Source of the DNA: an uncultured Burkholderiales bacterium
Lineage (GTDB): Bacteria; Bacteroidota; Bacteroidia; UBA8524
Assembly: GCA_964620355.1 (NCBI GenBank)
Contig: CAZUIT010000005.1
Coordinates: 11,507 to 75,506 of the forward strand
Direction: 5' to 3'
DNA: 64,000 bases
Below the pieces are notes generated by a model. The model did not search any database. It worked only from the letters and a program-made list of their open reading frames with translations, and had not been told where the DNA came from. A program made the translations under genes and the position numbers. How positions within the stretch are numbered: the stretch's first letter is position 1; every line of letters starts with the position of its first letter. Of this stretch, positions 11,424 through 22,288 are shown in pieces.

Positions 11424-11684
11424 TTACTTAGTTGGGTGAGTTTTAAACGTTCTTGTAGGAGCGAATTCGCCCAACTTATGACCCACCATGTTTTCCGTTA
11501 CGTAAACAGGTATGAATTTATTACCGTTATGAACAGCGAATGTATGTCCAACAAAATCTGGAGAAATCATAGAACGTCTGCTCCACGTTTTAATCACCGA
11601 TTTTTTCCCTGAATCGTTCACTACAGACACCTTCTTTTCAAGCTTGATGTCGATAAATGGGCCTTTTTTTAATGATCTTGCCAT
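11424..11684 (-). CDS. rpsS: 30S ribosomal protein S19
   Basis: [24 protein letters not shown].. Confidence 0.95.
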   Translation of the reverse strand: MARSLKKGPFIDIKLEKKVSVVNDSGKKSVIKTWSRRSMISPDFVGHTFAVHNGNKFIPVYVTENMVGHKLGEFAPTRTFKTHPTK

Positions 11685-11687
11685 ACC

Positions 11688-12512
11688 TTATTTTTTCCTT
11701 CTTACGAGGATATATTTATTCGATGCTTTTTTCTTGTCACGGGTCTTAGCTCCTTTAGCCAATTTACCGGTACGTGATCTTGGGTGTCCTCCAGAGGAAC
11801 GTCCTTCACCACCACCCATTGGGTGATCGACAGGGTTCATAGCCACACCTCTTGTACGTGGTCTTCTTCCGAGCCAACGTTTGCGACCTGCTTTTCCTGA
11901 AATCTCTAAGTTATGCTCAGAGTTAGAAAGCTGTCCCATAGTAGCCATACAAGTGGCTAGAATCATACGAGTTTCACCTGAAGGCATTTTTACTACTGCA
12001 AAACGGCCATCGCGGTTTAACAATTGCGCATAGCTACCAGCACTACGGCAAATTTTTGCACCTTGACCTGGATTCAGTTCGATATTATGAATCTCAGAAC
12101 CCAAAGGAATTTCAGAAAGAGCCATCGCGTTTCCTACCTCTGGAACTACTCCTGTTCCAGAAAGAACGGTCATACCTACTTCTAATCCTTTTGGCGCAAG
12201 GATATATCTTTTCTCACCATCTGCATAAAACAACAAAGCGATAAATGCAGTACGGTTTGGATCGTATTCTATAGCATTAACAATTGCCGGTACTTGATGT
12301 TTATTCCGTTTGAAATCAATCATACGGTATTTTTTCTTGTGGCCTCCGCCCATGTATCTCATGGTCATCTTACCTGTATTGTTCCTTCCACCGCTTCTTT
12401 TCATCGGTGCAAGAAGGCTTTTCTCAGGAGTTGATGCCGTGATTTCGCTAAAGGTATTTGCTACCTTAAAACGAGTACCCGGAGTCATTGGTCTTAATCT
12501 CTTTAATGCCAT
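11688..12512 (-). CDS. rplB: 50S ribosomal protein L2
   Basis: ..GGGHKKKYR.., ..HPMGGGEGR.. Confidence 0.95.
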   Translation of the reverse strand: MALKRLRPMTPGTRFKVANTFSEITASTPEKSLLAPMKRSGGRNNTGKMTMRYMGGGHKKKYRMIDFKRNKHQVPAIVNAIEYDPNRTAFIALLFYADGEKRYILAPKGLEVGMTVLSGTGVVPEVGNAMALSEIPLGSEIHNIELNPGQGAKICRSAGSYAQLLNRDGRFAVVKMPSGETRMILATCMATMGQLSNSEHNLEISGKAGRKRWLGRRPRTRGVAMNPVDHPMGGGEGRSSGGHPRSRTGKLAKGAKTRDKKKASNKYILVRRKK

Positions 12513-12515
12513 CTC

Positions 12516-12809
12516 TTAAATATTTTCGAAGAAATCGATCTTCTGTCCGTTCTTCAATGTCACAATTGCTTTCTTATAGATCGCTGTACGTCCACTTGTG
12601 AACCCAGAAGTTTTTGTGTACTTCTGTTTTGCTTTTGGTGCCATAACCATGGTATTGATAGAGGCTACCTCAACGCTGTATACTTTCTCGATCTCAGCCT
12701 TGATTTGATCTTTGGTTGCATCTCTGTCAACAACAAATCCAAATCTTCCAAGTTTATCGGAACTAGCTGATTGTTTTTCTGTAATCAGGGGCTTCTTTAA
12801 CACGCTCAT
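12516..12809 (-). CDS. rplW: 50S ribosomal protein L23
   Basis: ..LKKPLITEK.. and its position between rplD and rplB. Confidence 0.9.
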   Translation of the reverse strand: MSVLKKPLITEKQSASSDKLGRFGFVVDRDATKDQIKAEIEKVYSVEVASINTMVMAPKAKQKYTKTSGFTSGRTAIYKKAIVTLKNGQKIDFFENI

Positions 12810-12810
12810 C

Positions 12811-13440
12811 TTATTTGCTTAAAATGTCATGAATTATTTTAACTGAATTCTCAGACAATACCAGGTTACGGGTATTCAAAATCTGATAGGTGTTCAATTC
12901 ATTGGCCACCATGATGCCGGTTTTTGGAAGGTTTCTTCCTGACAAGTAAACATTATTCTTATTGTCAGAAACAACCATCAAAGTTTTTGTTCCAGCTACG
13001 TTCAAGTTCTTCAAAATGCTGATAAACTCTTTTGTTCTTGGGGTTTCTAGGTCGAAATCTTCAACGATAGTTACCTCATTATTTTTAAGTTTATAAGCCA
13101 ATGCTGAAGCACGAGCAACTTGTTTCAATTTTTTGTTCAACTTGAAACTGTAGTCACGTGGTTGCGGACCGTGTGCACGACCACCACCTTTGAACAATGG
13201 AGATTTCATAGAACCTGCACGAGCTCCACCAGTACCTTTTTGTTTCTTAAGTTTCTTGGTAGTACGAGCTACATCCGCACGGGCTTTCGCTGCGTGGGTA
13301 CCCTGTCTTTGATTTGCAAGGTATTGCTTCACGTCAAGGTAAATGGCATGATCGTTAGGTTCGATGCCAAACACATTATCCTCGAAAGAAATCTTTCTAC
13401 CGGTTTCTGCGCCTTGAATATTTAAAACGTTCAATTCCAT
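12811..13440 (-). CDS. rplD: 50S ribosomal protein L4 (the ORF runs to 13455; the MELNVL start at 13440 abuts rplC)
   Basis: L4 family by sequence and position. Confidence 0.9.
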   Translation of the reverse strand: MELNVLNIQGAETGRKISFEDNVFGIEPNDHAIYLDVKQYLANQRQGTHAAKARADVARTTKKLKKQKGTGGARAGSMKSPLFKGGGRAHGPQPRDYSFKLNKKLKQVARASALAYKLKNNEVTIVEDFDLETPRTKEFISILKNLNVAGTKTLMVVSDNKNNVYLSGRNLPKTGIMVANELNTYQILNTRNLVLSENSVKIIHDILSK

Positions 13441-13441
13441 C

Positions 13442-14071
13442 TTATTTCTCCACAATTACGAATGAACCTTTTGCTCCAGGGATAGCGCCCTTAAGAACGA
13501 GAAGATTCTGTTCAGTTATCACTTTCATCACCACAAGGTTGGTTTTCTTCACACGCTCACCACCTGTTCTTCCCGCCATACGCATTCCTTTGAATACGCG
13601 TGAAGGCCAAGAAGCCGCACCGATAGAACCTGGAGCTCTTAGTCGGTTATGCTGACCGTGAGTAGCCATACCTACCCCTGCAAATCCGTGTCTTTTAACA
13701 ACACCTTGAAATCCTTTACCTTTCGAAGTTCCAACCACGTCAACAAACTCGCCTTCAACGAAAATGTCAACTTTGATTTCGTCTCCTACCTTCAACGAAT
13801 GCTCAGCATCCGCACGGAAGTTTCTGATTTCAGTTACCATTGCTTTCGGCTCACTGTTGCTTTTCGCAGCATGTCCTCTTTCCGCTTTGGTTGTATTTTT
13901 AAGTTTTTTATCTCCGAATGCGATTTGGATGGCATTGTATCCTTCCTTCTCTCCATTCTTCAATTGTGTAATTACACATGGGCCTGCTTCGATAACGGTA
14001 CAGGCTACATTTTTACCCTCTGGGGTAAAAATGCTGGTCATTCCGACCTTTCTTCCAATAATACCTAGCAT
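13442..14071 (-). CDS. rplC: 50S ribosomal protein L3
   Basis: [15 protein letters not shown].. Confidence 0.95.
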   Translation of the reverse strand: MLGIIGRKVGMTSIFTPEGKNVACTVIEAGPCVITQLKNGEKEGYNAIQIAFGDKKLKNTTKAERGHAAKSNSEPKAMVTEIRNFRADAEHSLKVGDEIKVDIFVEGEFVDVVGTSKGKGFQGVVKRHGFAGVGMATHGQHNRLRAPGSIGAASWPSRVFKGMRMAGRTGGERVKKTNLVVMKVITEQNLLVLKGAIPGAKGSFVIVEK

Positions 14072-14076
14072 GTTCC

Positions 14077-14385
14077 CTAAACTTTAATTTCTACGTCAAC
14101 GCCACTTGGCAATTCTAGTTTCATCAGCGCATCTACTGTTTTCGAAGTAGAGCTATAGATGTCAAGAAGTCTTTTGTAAGAACAGATTTGAAACTGCTCT
14201 CTAGCCTTCTTATTAACGTGAGGAGATCTTAATACTGTGAAGATCTTCTTCTCTGTCGGGAGCGGGATTGGACCGCTGATTACAGCGCCCGTGGCCTTCA
14301 CCGTCTTAACGATTTTTTCAGCAGATTTATCCACCAAGTTGTAATCGTAAGATTTTAATTTAATCCTAATTTTCTGACTAACCAT
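14077..14385 (-). CDS. rpsJ: 30S ribosomal protein S10
   Basis: ..[11 protein letters not shown].., 102 aa. Confidence 0.95.
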   Translation of the reverse strand: MVSQKIRIKLKSYDYNLVDKSAEKIVKTVKATGAVISGPIPLPTEKKIFTVLRSPHVNKKAREQFQICSYKRLLDIYSSTSKTVDALMKLELPSGVDVEIKV

Positions 14386-14390
14386 TGTCG

Positions 14391-16496
14391 TTATGCGTTA
14401 ACCTCTTTACCTTTTAAGTTCGTTAATACTACTTCCGCGAGATTCTTTGGTACCTCAGCATAATGCGAGAATTCCATTGTCGATGTCGCTCGTCCAGAAG
14501 TGATGGTACGTAATGTAGTAACATATCCAAACATCTCAGCCAAAGGAACTTTAGCTTTAATTACCTGGGCATTACCACGTGTATCCATACCTTCCATTTG
14601 ACCTCTACGTTTGTTCAAATCACCCATTACATCTCCCATATTTTCGTCAGGAGTGATTACCTCTACTTTCATGATTGGCTCAAGAAGAATAGGGTTGGAT
14701 TTTCTTGCTGCTTCTTTGAAACCAATTTTTGCAGCTAGTTCAAACGATAGCGAATCAGAATCGACCGCGTGGAAGGATCCATCAAACAGACGCACTTTCA
14801 TTGCATCCATTTTAAATCCTGCCAGAACTCCATTGTCCATAGACAAACGGAATCCCTTTTCAATCGCTGGGAAAAATTCACGAGGAACAGATCCACCAAC
14901 GATTTCATTAATAAACTGGAGGCCGGCATGTCCTTCATCTGCTGGACTTAATTCGAACTGAATATCAGCGAATTTACCTTTACCACCTGTTTGTTTTTTA
15001 TAGGTCTCACGGTGTTGTGTTGATCCCGTGATTGCTTCTTTGTAAGCAACCTGTGGAGCACCTTGGTTACACTCAACTTTGAACTCACGTTTCAAACGGT
15101 CGAGGATAATTTCCAAGTGAAGCTCACCCATACCTTGAACGATGGTTTGTCCTGTTTCCTCGTCAGTAAAGGCGCGGAAAGTTGGATCTTCTTCGGTCAA
15201 TTTAGCAAGGGCCATACCCAAACGATCTACGTCGGCTTGTGTTTTTGGTTCAATTGCTAAACCAATTACAGGCTCTGGAAAGACCATTGACTCTAACACA
15301 ATTGGGTGTTTTTCGTCGCAAAGGGTATCTCCGGTTTTGATATCTTTAAATCCAACAGCTGCACCGATATCTCCAGCACCAAGGCTTTCAATCGCATTTT
15401 GCTTGTTGGCATGCATTTGAAATAAGCGGGAAATACGCTCTTTATTTCCACTGCGTGTATTCAACACATAAGAACCTGAATTCAGCACACCTGAATAAGC
15501 ACGCAAGAAAGCCAGACGTCCTACATAAGGGTCGGTAGCAATCTTAAATGCCAAGGCAGCAAATGGTTCTTTGTATGATGGCTTACGAAATACTTCAACA
15601 CCGGTATCAGGGTGTGTACCTCTGATACTATCACGCTCCATTGGGCTAGGCATAATTTCCATAACCAAATCAAGCATGGTTTGAACTCCTTTATTTTTAA
15701 AAGAAGATCCGCAAACCATTGGAGTGATTTTCAAATCGATGGTGGCAGCACGTAAAGCCGCTAAAATTTCTTCTTCAGTGATTGAGTTTGGATCCTCGAA
15801 GTATTTCTCCATCAAGGTATCATCATACTCAGAAACAGTTTCAAGCAATTTCTCTCTCCATTCTTTCGCTTCTTCTACCATATCAGCTGGAATAGGAATT
15901 TCTTGGAATGTCATTCCTTTTGTTTCCTCATCCCAAATAATTCCGCGGTTACCAATCAAATCGACCACCCCAGTAAAGGTATCTTCCGCACCAATAGGCA
16001 ACTGCAATGGAATTGCATTACCTCCAAGCATGGTGTTTACTTGTTTGCACACGTTCAAGAAATCTGCTCCTGAACGGTCCATTTTATTTACGAAACCAAT
16101 ACGCGCAACGCCATAGTTGTCGGCCAAACGCCAGTTGGTTTCTGATTGTGGCTCAACACCATCAACCGCAGAAAACAAAAACACCAAACCATCTAATACA
16201 CGAAGCGAGCGATTTACCTCTACGGTAAAATCCACGTGACCCGGTGTATCGATAATATTTACATGGTATTGTTGATTCTTATAATTCCAAAATACAGTTG
16301 TAGCTGCAGAAGTGATCGTGATACCACGCTCTTGCTCCTGAGCCATCCAGTCCATAGTGGCAGCTCCATCATGTACTTCACCAATCTTATGGCTAACCCC
16401 AGCGTAATACAGGATACGCTCGGTGGTCGTAGTTTTACCGGCATCAATATGGGCAGCAATCCCAATGTTCCGCGTAAATCTTAAATCTCTATCCAT
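14391..16496 (-). CDS. fusA: Elongation factor G
   Basis: ..[20 protein letters not shown].. GTPase motifs, 701 aa. Confidence 0.95.
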   Translation of the reverse strand: MDRDLRFTRNIGIAAHIDAGKTTTTERILYYAGVSHKIGEVHDGAATMDWMAQEQERGITITSAATTVFWNYKNQQYHVNIIDTPGHVDFTVEVNRSLRVLDGLVFLFSAVDGVEPQSETNWRLADNYGVARIGFVNKMDRSGADFLNVCKQVNTMLGGNAIPLQLPIGAEDTFTGVVDLIGNRGIIWDEETKGMTFQEIPIPADMVEEAKEWREKLLETVSEYDDTLMEKYFEDPNSITEEEILAALRAATIDLKITPMVCGSSFKNKGVQTMLDLVMEIMPSPMERDSIRGTHPDTGVEVFRKPSYKEPFAALAFKIATDPYVGRLAFLRAYSGVLNSGSYVLNTRSGNKERISRLFQMHANKQNAIESLGAGDIGAAVGFKDIKTGDTLCDEKHPIVLESMVFPEPVIGLAIEPKTQADVDRLGMALAKLTEEDPTFRAFTDEETGQTIVQGMGELHLEIILDRLKREFKVECNQGAPQVAYKEAITGSTQHRETYKKQTGGKGKFADIQFELSPADEGHAGLQFINEIVGGSVPREFFPAIEKGFRLSMDNGVLAGFKMDAMKVRLFDGSFHAVDSDSLSFELAAKIGFKEAARKSNPILLEPIMKVEVITPDENMGDVMGDLNKRRGQMEGMDTRGNAQVIKAKVPLAEMFGYVTTLRTITSGRATSTMEFSHYAEVPKNLAEVVLTNLKGKEVNA

Positions 16497-16518
16497 TTTG
16501 TTTGAACCTTGCTACTTA

Positions 16519-16986
16519 TTAAACTCTAAAATGCGAGAAAGCTTTATTTGCCTCAGCCATACGGTGAGTATCTTCTTTCTTCTTAACGGCTGCACCCTCC
16601 CCTTTTGAAGCGGCAATAATTTCTGCTGCCAATTTCTCTGGGTATGATTTTTCGTTTCTTCTTCTGGAATAATCAATCATCCATTTCATCCCTACAGCTA
16701 CTTTACGCTCTGCTGGAACCTCAATTGGAATCTGGAAAGTCGCTCCACCAACACGACGGGCTTTCACCTCTACCGCTGGCATCACGTTATTCAATGCTTT
16801 TTTCCAAACATCAATTCCACGCTCCTGAAGTTTTGCTTCAACTAGATCAACCGCTTCATAAAAAATACGGAAGGCAACGGTCTTTTTACCGTCGTACATC
16901 ATGTTATTTACAAACCTCGTTACCAACACATCATTAAAACGTGGGTCAGGTGTAAGAATTCTCTTTTTAGCTTTGCTCTTTCTCAT
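16519..16986 (-). CDS. rpsG: 30S ribosomal protein S7
   Basis: MRKSKAKKRIL.PDP.. Confidence 0.95.
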   Translation of the reverse strand: MRKSKAKKRILTPDPRFNDVLVTRFVNNMMYDGKKTVAFRIFYEAVDLVEAKLQERGIDVWKKALNNVMPAVEVKARRVGGATFQIPIEVPAERKVAVGMKWMIDYSRRRNEKSYPEKLAAEIIAASKGEGAAVKKKEDTHRMAEANKAFSHFRV

Positions 16987-17001
16987 CTTAGCTACTCCTT
17001 A

Positions 17002-17400
17002 TTATTTCTTCTTAGCTGCTTCTTGTCCTGGCTTAGGACGTTTCGCGCCGTATTTAGACCTTCTTTGTCTTCTTCCTTCAACACCAGCTGTGTCAAGGGC
17101 TCCACGAACAATGTGATAACGCACACCCGGCAAGTCTTTTACCCTTCCTCCACGTACGAGTACGATAGAGTGTTCTTGTAGGTTATGACCTTCTCCTGGG
17201 ATATAAGCATTTATCTCCTTTCCGTTCGTCAAACGTACACGCGCTACTTTACGCATTGCTGAGTTTGGTTTCTTCGGAGTGGTGGTATACACACGTGTGC
17301 AAACTCCTCTTCTTTGTGGGCATGAGTTCAACGCCGGTGATTTACTCTTATCAACTAGCGAAGTGCGCCCTTTCCTTACTAATTGCTGTATGGTTGGCAT
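17002..17400 (-). CDS. rpsL: 30S ribosomal protein S12
   Basis: [12 protein letters not shown].. ..PKKPNSA.RKV.. Confidence 0.95.
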   Translation of the reverse strand: MPTIQQLVRKGRTSLVDKSKSPALNSCPQRRGVCTRVYTTTPKKPNSAMRKVARVRLTNGKEINAYIPGEGHNLQEHSIVLVRGGRVKDLPGVRYHIVRGALDTAGVEGRRQRRSKYGAKRPKPGQEAAKKK

Positions 17401-17741
17401 ATTTTTCCTGTAACTTCCTAAAATTTAAGGACGGCAAAGGTACGTCTAATTTCAATAAAACCAAATAGGTGCGAGAAAAATTTTACCATCCTTTTAAGGA
17501 CTGAAAATCACACACAAACCATTTATGAATTGTGATTTATGAATTGTGATTTAAGAAGTAGGATTTGGAAAAGTGATCGGGTTGACGCTTCCTCCTTCAA
17601 CGACGAAACTTTTTCAACAAAGCCAGAATCTGCTCGCGTGGAGTTTATAGAAACCCTTTGCCGTTCGGTCCGGAGGACCAGAACGGCTTGCTAGTCGTCG
17701 AGGCTTAAATTCTCCTCATCTCCTCACTCCTCATCTCCTCA
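17401..17741 (-). promoter_or_regulatory. 340-nt non-coding region between the topA stop and the rpsL start. It is the presumed promoter/5' leader of the str-S10-spc-alpha super-operon and carries tandem repeats and a strong hairpin.
   Basis: No ORF of 60 aa or more on either strand. 15-mer x2 (17712-17741), 14-mer x2 (17521-17548), GC hairpin gccgttcggtcc-gga-ggaccagaacggc (17660-17687). Confidence 0.4.
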
Positions 17742-20075
17742 CTACTTCTTCGCCTTCCCTCTTCTCCCCTTCAGTGCAGCTGCAGATTTCTCCATAAAAT
17801 CCACCGCCTCTTCGTAGGTGATTTTAATAGCGTCCTCATGGCGTGCCTTTGGAATCTTGAAGTTGTCCTTACCTTTCTTTAGATAAGGTCCCCAGCGACC
17901 GTTTAAAACCTGCAGGTCGGTATCCTCATCAAAAACCTTGATAAGCTTCTCGGCGTCGGCTTTTCTTTTGGCAAGAATAACCTCAATCGCTCGTTCTTGA
18001 TTTATTTGATATGGGTCGTCCTCTTTTGGGATGCTATAAAAGGCCTTTTGATGCTGAACATACGGACCAAAACGACCAATAGCCACTTTCATCTCTGTCC
18101 CTTCAAAATCACCAATCATCCTCGGCATTTTAAATAAATCTAATGCCTCTTCTAAAGTTAAGGTTTCCATACTCTGTCCTGCTCGCAAGCTGGCATAGGT
18201 GGGTTTCTCTTCCTCCGACGGTGGGGCAATCTGTGCAAAAGGACCATATCGACCCATACGAACGGTAATTGGTAAACCGCTTACGGGGTGCGTACCCAAT
18301 TCGCGCTCGCCTGTTACTCTGTCGGCCTCATCAATCGTTTTATCTACCGTCTTATGGAATGGCCCATAAAACTTCGTGAGCATATCCGTCCAGCTTTTTA
18401 AGCCTTCCGCAATCTCATCAAACTCCTTTTCTACATTGGCCGTGAAACTGTAATCCATGATTCCATCGAAATGCTCTACCAAGAAATCATTGACTAAGCT
18501 GCCAATATCAGTAGGGAAAAGTTTTGATTTTTCTGCCCCGGTATTTTCAGTAAGTGTGCTGGTTTCAACTTTTGCGTTTTGTAAAATCAACTCCTGGTAG
18601 TTGCGTTCACGACCTACTCGGTCTTCTTTCACAACATACCCTCTTTTCTGAATCGTAGAAATGGTTGGGGCATAAGTAGAAGGACGACCAATACCTAGCT
18701 CTTCGAGTTTCTTCACCAAACTTGCTTCTGTATACCTCGGAGCGGCACGGGTGAATTTCTCTGTCGCTGTGATGCGCTCCATTTGAAGCAGGTCTCCAGC
18801 CTTTACATCAGGCAGTAATCCATCGTCGGCATCTTCGTTCTCTTCATCAGTTCCTTCTAAGTATACTTTTAAGAAACCTTCAAACTTGATCACCTCTCCG
18901 CTTGCCAAAAATTCCTTTTCGCTTGCGGTGCTTGACCCAATTGCAATATGAATGACGGTCTTCTCTAATGCCGCATCACTCATCTGAGAAGCTATAGACC
19001 TTTTCCAGATGAGGTCATAAAGTCGTTTATCTGATCCATCCCCAGCAATACTATGTTTATCAAAATAGGTTGGACGTATCGCCTCATGCGCTTCTTGTGC
19101 GCTGGCGGTTTTGGTATTGTACTTTCTGGTCTTTGAAAATTCTTTGCCGTAAGCTTTTTCGATTTCATCCTTGGCGGCGTTCAATGCGAGCTCCGAAAGG
19201 TTGACACTATCGGTACGCATATAGGTAATATGACCCGCTTCATAAAGTTTCTGAGCAACGGCCATGGTCTGCGCCACAGAGAAACCTAGTTTTCTACTCG
19301 CCTCTTGTTGGAGGGTAGATGTGGTAAATGGTGCGGCTGGAGTTCTTTTCCCCGGCTTGGTTTCAACCCGATCCACCGTGAAATCAGCAGCAGTGCAGGC
19401 CTCTAAAAATGCCTTGGCTTCTCCTTCTGTTTTGAAACGCTTTGGCAGCTCGGCTCTAAAATGTTTATTCTCCTTTGTATCATGGAATATAGCGATTACC
19501 CGAAATGCAGAATCTGCATTAAAGTCGGTAATTTCTCTTTCACGCTCTACAATTAGGCGCACAGCTACTGACTGCACACGCCCTGCCGATAGGGAAGGTT
19601 TTACTTTCTTCCATAATACGGGCGACAGTTCAAAACCCACAATACGATCAAGTATACGTCGTGCTTGTTGTGCATTGACTAAGTCTTGATTGATAATTCG
19701 CGGATTTTCAATTGCCTTTAAAATTGCCGGCTTGGTAATTTCGTGGAAGACAATTCGTTTTGTTTTGCTATGATCCAGCTTGAGTACTTCCGCTAGGTGC
19801 CAAGAAATAGCTTCCCCTTCGCGGTCCTCATCCGAAGCCAACCAAACAACTTCTGCTGCTTTGGCTAATTTCTTTAATTCGGCGACCACCTGCTTCTTAT
19901 CGTCAGGTACTTGATAAATAGGCTTAAATCCATTTTCAATATCCACCCCATTATGCTCCTTTGCCAAGTCTCTAATATGACCATAACACGATTTCACAGT
20001 AAAATCACTACCGAGAAAACCTTCTATGGTTTTAGCCTTAGCTGGAGACTCCACAATCACAAGATTCTTTGCCAT
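17742..20075 (-). CDS. topA: DNA topoisomerase I
   Basis: 777 aa. Toprim N-terminus MAKNLVIVESPAKAKTIEGFLG.. and C-terminal zinc-ribbon-like/Lys-rich repeats. Confidence 0.9.
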   Translation of the reverse strand: MAKNLVIVESPAKAKTIEGFLGSDFTVKSCYGHIRDLAKEHNGVDIENGFKPIYQVPDDKKQVVAELKKLAKAAEVVWLASDEDREGEAISWHLAEVLKLDHSKTKRIVFHEITKPAILKAIENPRIINQDLVNAQQARRILDRIVGFELSPVLWKKVKPSLSAGRVQSVAVRLIVEREREITDFNADSAFRVIAIFHDTKENKHFRAELPKRFKTEGEAKAFLEACTAADFTVDRVETKPGKRTPAAPFTTSTLQQEASRKLGFSVAQTMAVAQKLYEAGHITYMRTDSVNLSELALNAAKDEIEKAYGKEFSKTRKYNTKTASAQEAHEAIRPTYFDKHSIAGDGSDKRLYDLIWKRSIASQMSDAALEKTVIHIAIGSSTASEKEFLASGEVIKFEGFLKVYLEGTDEENEDADDGLLPDVKAGDLLQMERITATEKFTRAAPRYTEASLVKKLEELGIGRPSTYAPTISTIQKRGYVVKEDRVGRERNYQELILQNAKVETSTLTENTGAEKSKLFPTDIGSLVNDFLVEHFDGIMDYSFTANVEKEFDEIAEGLKSWTDMLTKFYGPFHKTVDKTIDEADRVTGERELGTHPVSGLPITVRMGRYGPFAQIAPPSEEEKPTYASLRAGQSMETLTLEEALDLFKMPRMIGDFEGTEMKVAIGRFGPYVQHQKAFYSIPKEDDPYQINQERAIEVILAKRKADAEKLIKVFDEDTDLQVLNGRWGPYLKKGKDNFKIPKARHEDAIKITYEEAVDFMEKSAAALKGRRGKAKK

Positions 20076-20164
20076 AATTCCAGTTTATAAAACAACAATT
20101 GCCGGCAAATAAAAGATTTAATCCTTTAAAACCGGCAATCGTATTGTCAAAAGCGTGTAAAGAT

Positions 20165-22252
20165 TTAATTCGTCACTACTAATTTTTGGGTCAATTTCTG
20201 ACCGTTAAGCAGTGATTCAACCATATATACGCCTGATTTAAGTCCTTCAATATTCAATTTTACTTCTTGCATCCCAGGTTCAGTATGAAGGGCTGCCTCA
20301 CGGTGTACTTCTTTCCCGCTCATATCTAAGATACGAACAGAAAGCGAGCCTGCTTCATAGGTTTCCATACTCAACAGAGCCGTTCCATTTGCCGGGTTAG
20401 GGTAAATACTCGCCGTCGTATTATTGATGGATTCTCCTATGGAAGAAATTGAACCAATATTAATATTATCGATATACAAATTTCCACCCTGTTCTGTTAC
20501 CGCTTCAAAACGGAGTAAAAGGTTTCGTTTGCCAATATAATTTTTCAGATTCACCATATGATTTTGCCATTGGCTTGAGGTAGGAACAAAATTCGGGGTT
20601 CCAGTTGTTCCCGTTTCCATTTGTACCCCTGCACGCTGATAAATTAAAACCCAAGAAACGCCACAATCGTCCGAAGCATAAACACGGATTCGATCAATCG
20701 AGCTCGTTTCTAATTTCGCATAGGCTATGTCAAAATTTAAAACTGGATCTTTTATCACCACCAAGTCCACTGGCATCATATTCATGCGAACGGAAGTGTT
20801 TGTTGGTGTGCTCGCATTGATTTGAACTCGAGCCGAACGCGATCCATTTGATGCAGCAACGCTTACGGGTTCCCAGTTTACAGAACCGTTAGTACTGGAT
20901 AAAGTCCATCCATTTGGTGGAAATGTACTTTGCTCAAAGCTTTCGGCCAGTGGTGCTGAGGTTGTACTTATCGCACCATAAACAGCAACAATGGAATCGC
21001 GGGTGATTGTTGAGGAACCAGCAGAATTTTCTACTTTTAATGTCACTTTATATAATCCGGCATTGGCATACGTTACTGTCGGGTTCATGGCATTTGAATT
21101 GGCAGGTGTTCCTCCTTCAAAAGTCCAAGTATATTTCGTCGGTGTACCATTAAAGTATAAAGCATTAAAGCTTACATCGTTTCCTTCACATACCGTTGCG
21201 CGCATATTCGTCAAGTCAGCCACTGGAGCACAGGTTGATGCGGGAAAAAGGATACCTGTATAATCAGCATTGGCACTTGATACCAGAAAACTCCGGTAAG
21301 CTGAAATTACAGATACCATTACGTTCTTTTGCCCTTGTGTGAACATGTTCATGCAACTTCCATTGGAGTAATCCATGTAATTTTCTACCTGGTCAGGAAG
21401 GTCGGGATTATCATTGGTACAGGTATTTGCTCCAATAGAGCACCCTGAACTGGATTCTTTTACTGGTGGTGTATCTTGAATCTGCTCGCCCCAGCCTGGA
21501 GGGTTGCAACCACCTTGGAAGGTATGTAAGAGACCTAGCCAATGCCCAATTTCATGGGTGGCCGTCCTTCCAGCACTATTCGTTTTTGCTGTTCCGATTG
21601 AGCCTGTATAATCAGCACGCAATACAATTCCATCTGTCGTTGGCTTAGAAGCTCTATCCCATGGAAATTGAGCATAACCCAAAGTGATAACACCAGGATC
21701 ATTGCTGCTATTTTTGATTGTTTTCACTACCCAAACATTCAAATAACGATCGCTTGGCCAATATGATACCGCTTTGACATTATCGCGGGCTTCGTTAGTG
21801 AGGGTTGAATAAATACGAACAATTCCGTCGGTACAGTTCCCTTGTGGATCTTTTCTCGCCAAAACAAATTCAATTTCGCAATCTGCTGCAACTGACTTAA
21901 AAATGTCGCGGGTACTGGATGCATCTGCATTTAAACGACGAAAGTCCTCGTTTAGGATGCGCATTTGATCTTGGATTTGTTCTTTGCTGATATTCTCTTC
22001 GCCGTATTCGTGTACGACATGAAATACAACCGGAATGGTATAAACCGTTTTCTTTTTGTTGAGCGGAGGTGTGATGCTTGCCGAATTGGCCACGCGGATT
22101 GCTTCCTTCGCACGAAGAAAAGCAGCAGGATCTTCCTGCTCTAAGTTTTCAAAATAATGGTCATCATTCAAACATTGAGCTGAACTTGTCTGACTCATAT
22201 TGGCACTAAAAATACCCACTAAAAAAGTGGCGCTGAGAAGTATTCTTTTCAT
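20165..22252 (-). CDS. Secreted zinc metalloprotease (M43/pappalysin-like, HEIGHWLGLLHTF) with a T9SS type-A C-terminal sorting domain.
   Basis: Signal peptide, HExxHxxGxxH zinc motif, and C-terminus ..IYPNPANGTALLSM..RILDMSGKEV..GVYMV... Confidence 0.75.
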   Translation of the reverse strand: MKRILLSATFLVGIFSANMSQTSSAQCLNDDHYFENLEQEDPAAFLRAKEAIRVANSASITPPLNKKKTVYTIPVVFHVVHEYGEENISKEQIQDQMRILNEDFRRLNADASSTRDIFKSVAADCEIEFVLARKDPQGNCTDGIVRIYSTLTNEARDNVKAVSYWPSDRYLNVWVVKTIKNSSNDPGVITLGYAQFPWDRASKPTTDGIVLRADYTGSIGTAKTNSAGRTATHEIGHWLGLLHTFQGGCNPPGWGEQIQDTPPVKESSSGCSIGANTCTNDNPDLPDQVENYMDYSNGSCMNMFTQGQKNVMVSVISAYRSFLVSSANADYTGILFPASTCAPVADLTNMRATVCEGNDVSFNALYFNGTPTKYTWTFEGGTPANSNAMNPTVTYANAGLYKVTLKVENSAGSSTITRDSIVAVYGAISTTSAPLAESFEQSTFPPNGWTLSSTNGSVNWEPVSVAASNGSRSARVQINASTPTNTSVRMNMMPVDLVVIKDPVLNFDIAYAKLETSSIDRIRVYASDDCGVSWVLIYQRAGVQMETGTTGTPNFVPTSSQWQNHMVNLKNYIGKRNLLLRFEAVTEQGGNLYIDNINIGSISSIGESINNTTASIYPNPANGTALLSMETYEAGSLSVRILDMSGKEVHREAALHTEPGMQEVKLNIEGLKSGVYMVESLLNGQKLTQKLVVTN

Positions 22253-22288
22253 TCTAATGAGAGTTACGCTATGGCGCGTGTTTTATTT

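Noticed and set aside
10846-11439. 197-aa plus-strand ORF overlapping rpsC and rplV
   Set aside because: It is antisense to two highly conserved ribosomal protein genes and has no recognisable motif. The same holds for other antisense ORFs across the r-protein operon, for example 1682-2026, 13649-14068 and 15724-16116.
17650-17690. Hairpin with GGTCCGGAGGACC considered as SRP RNA domain IV
   Set aside because: It lacks the conserved GGAAGCAGCC and surrounding SRP helix 8 consensus. It is more likely a structural or terminator hairpin.
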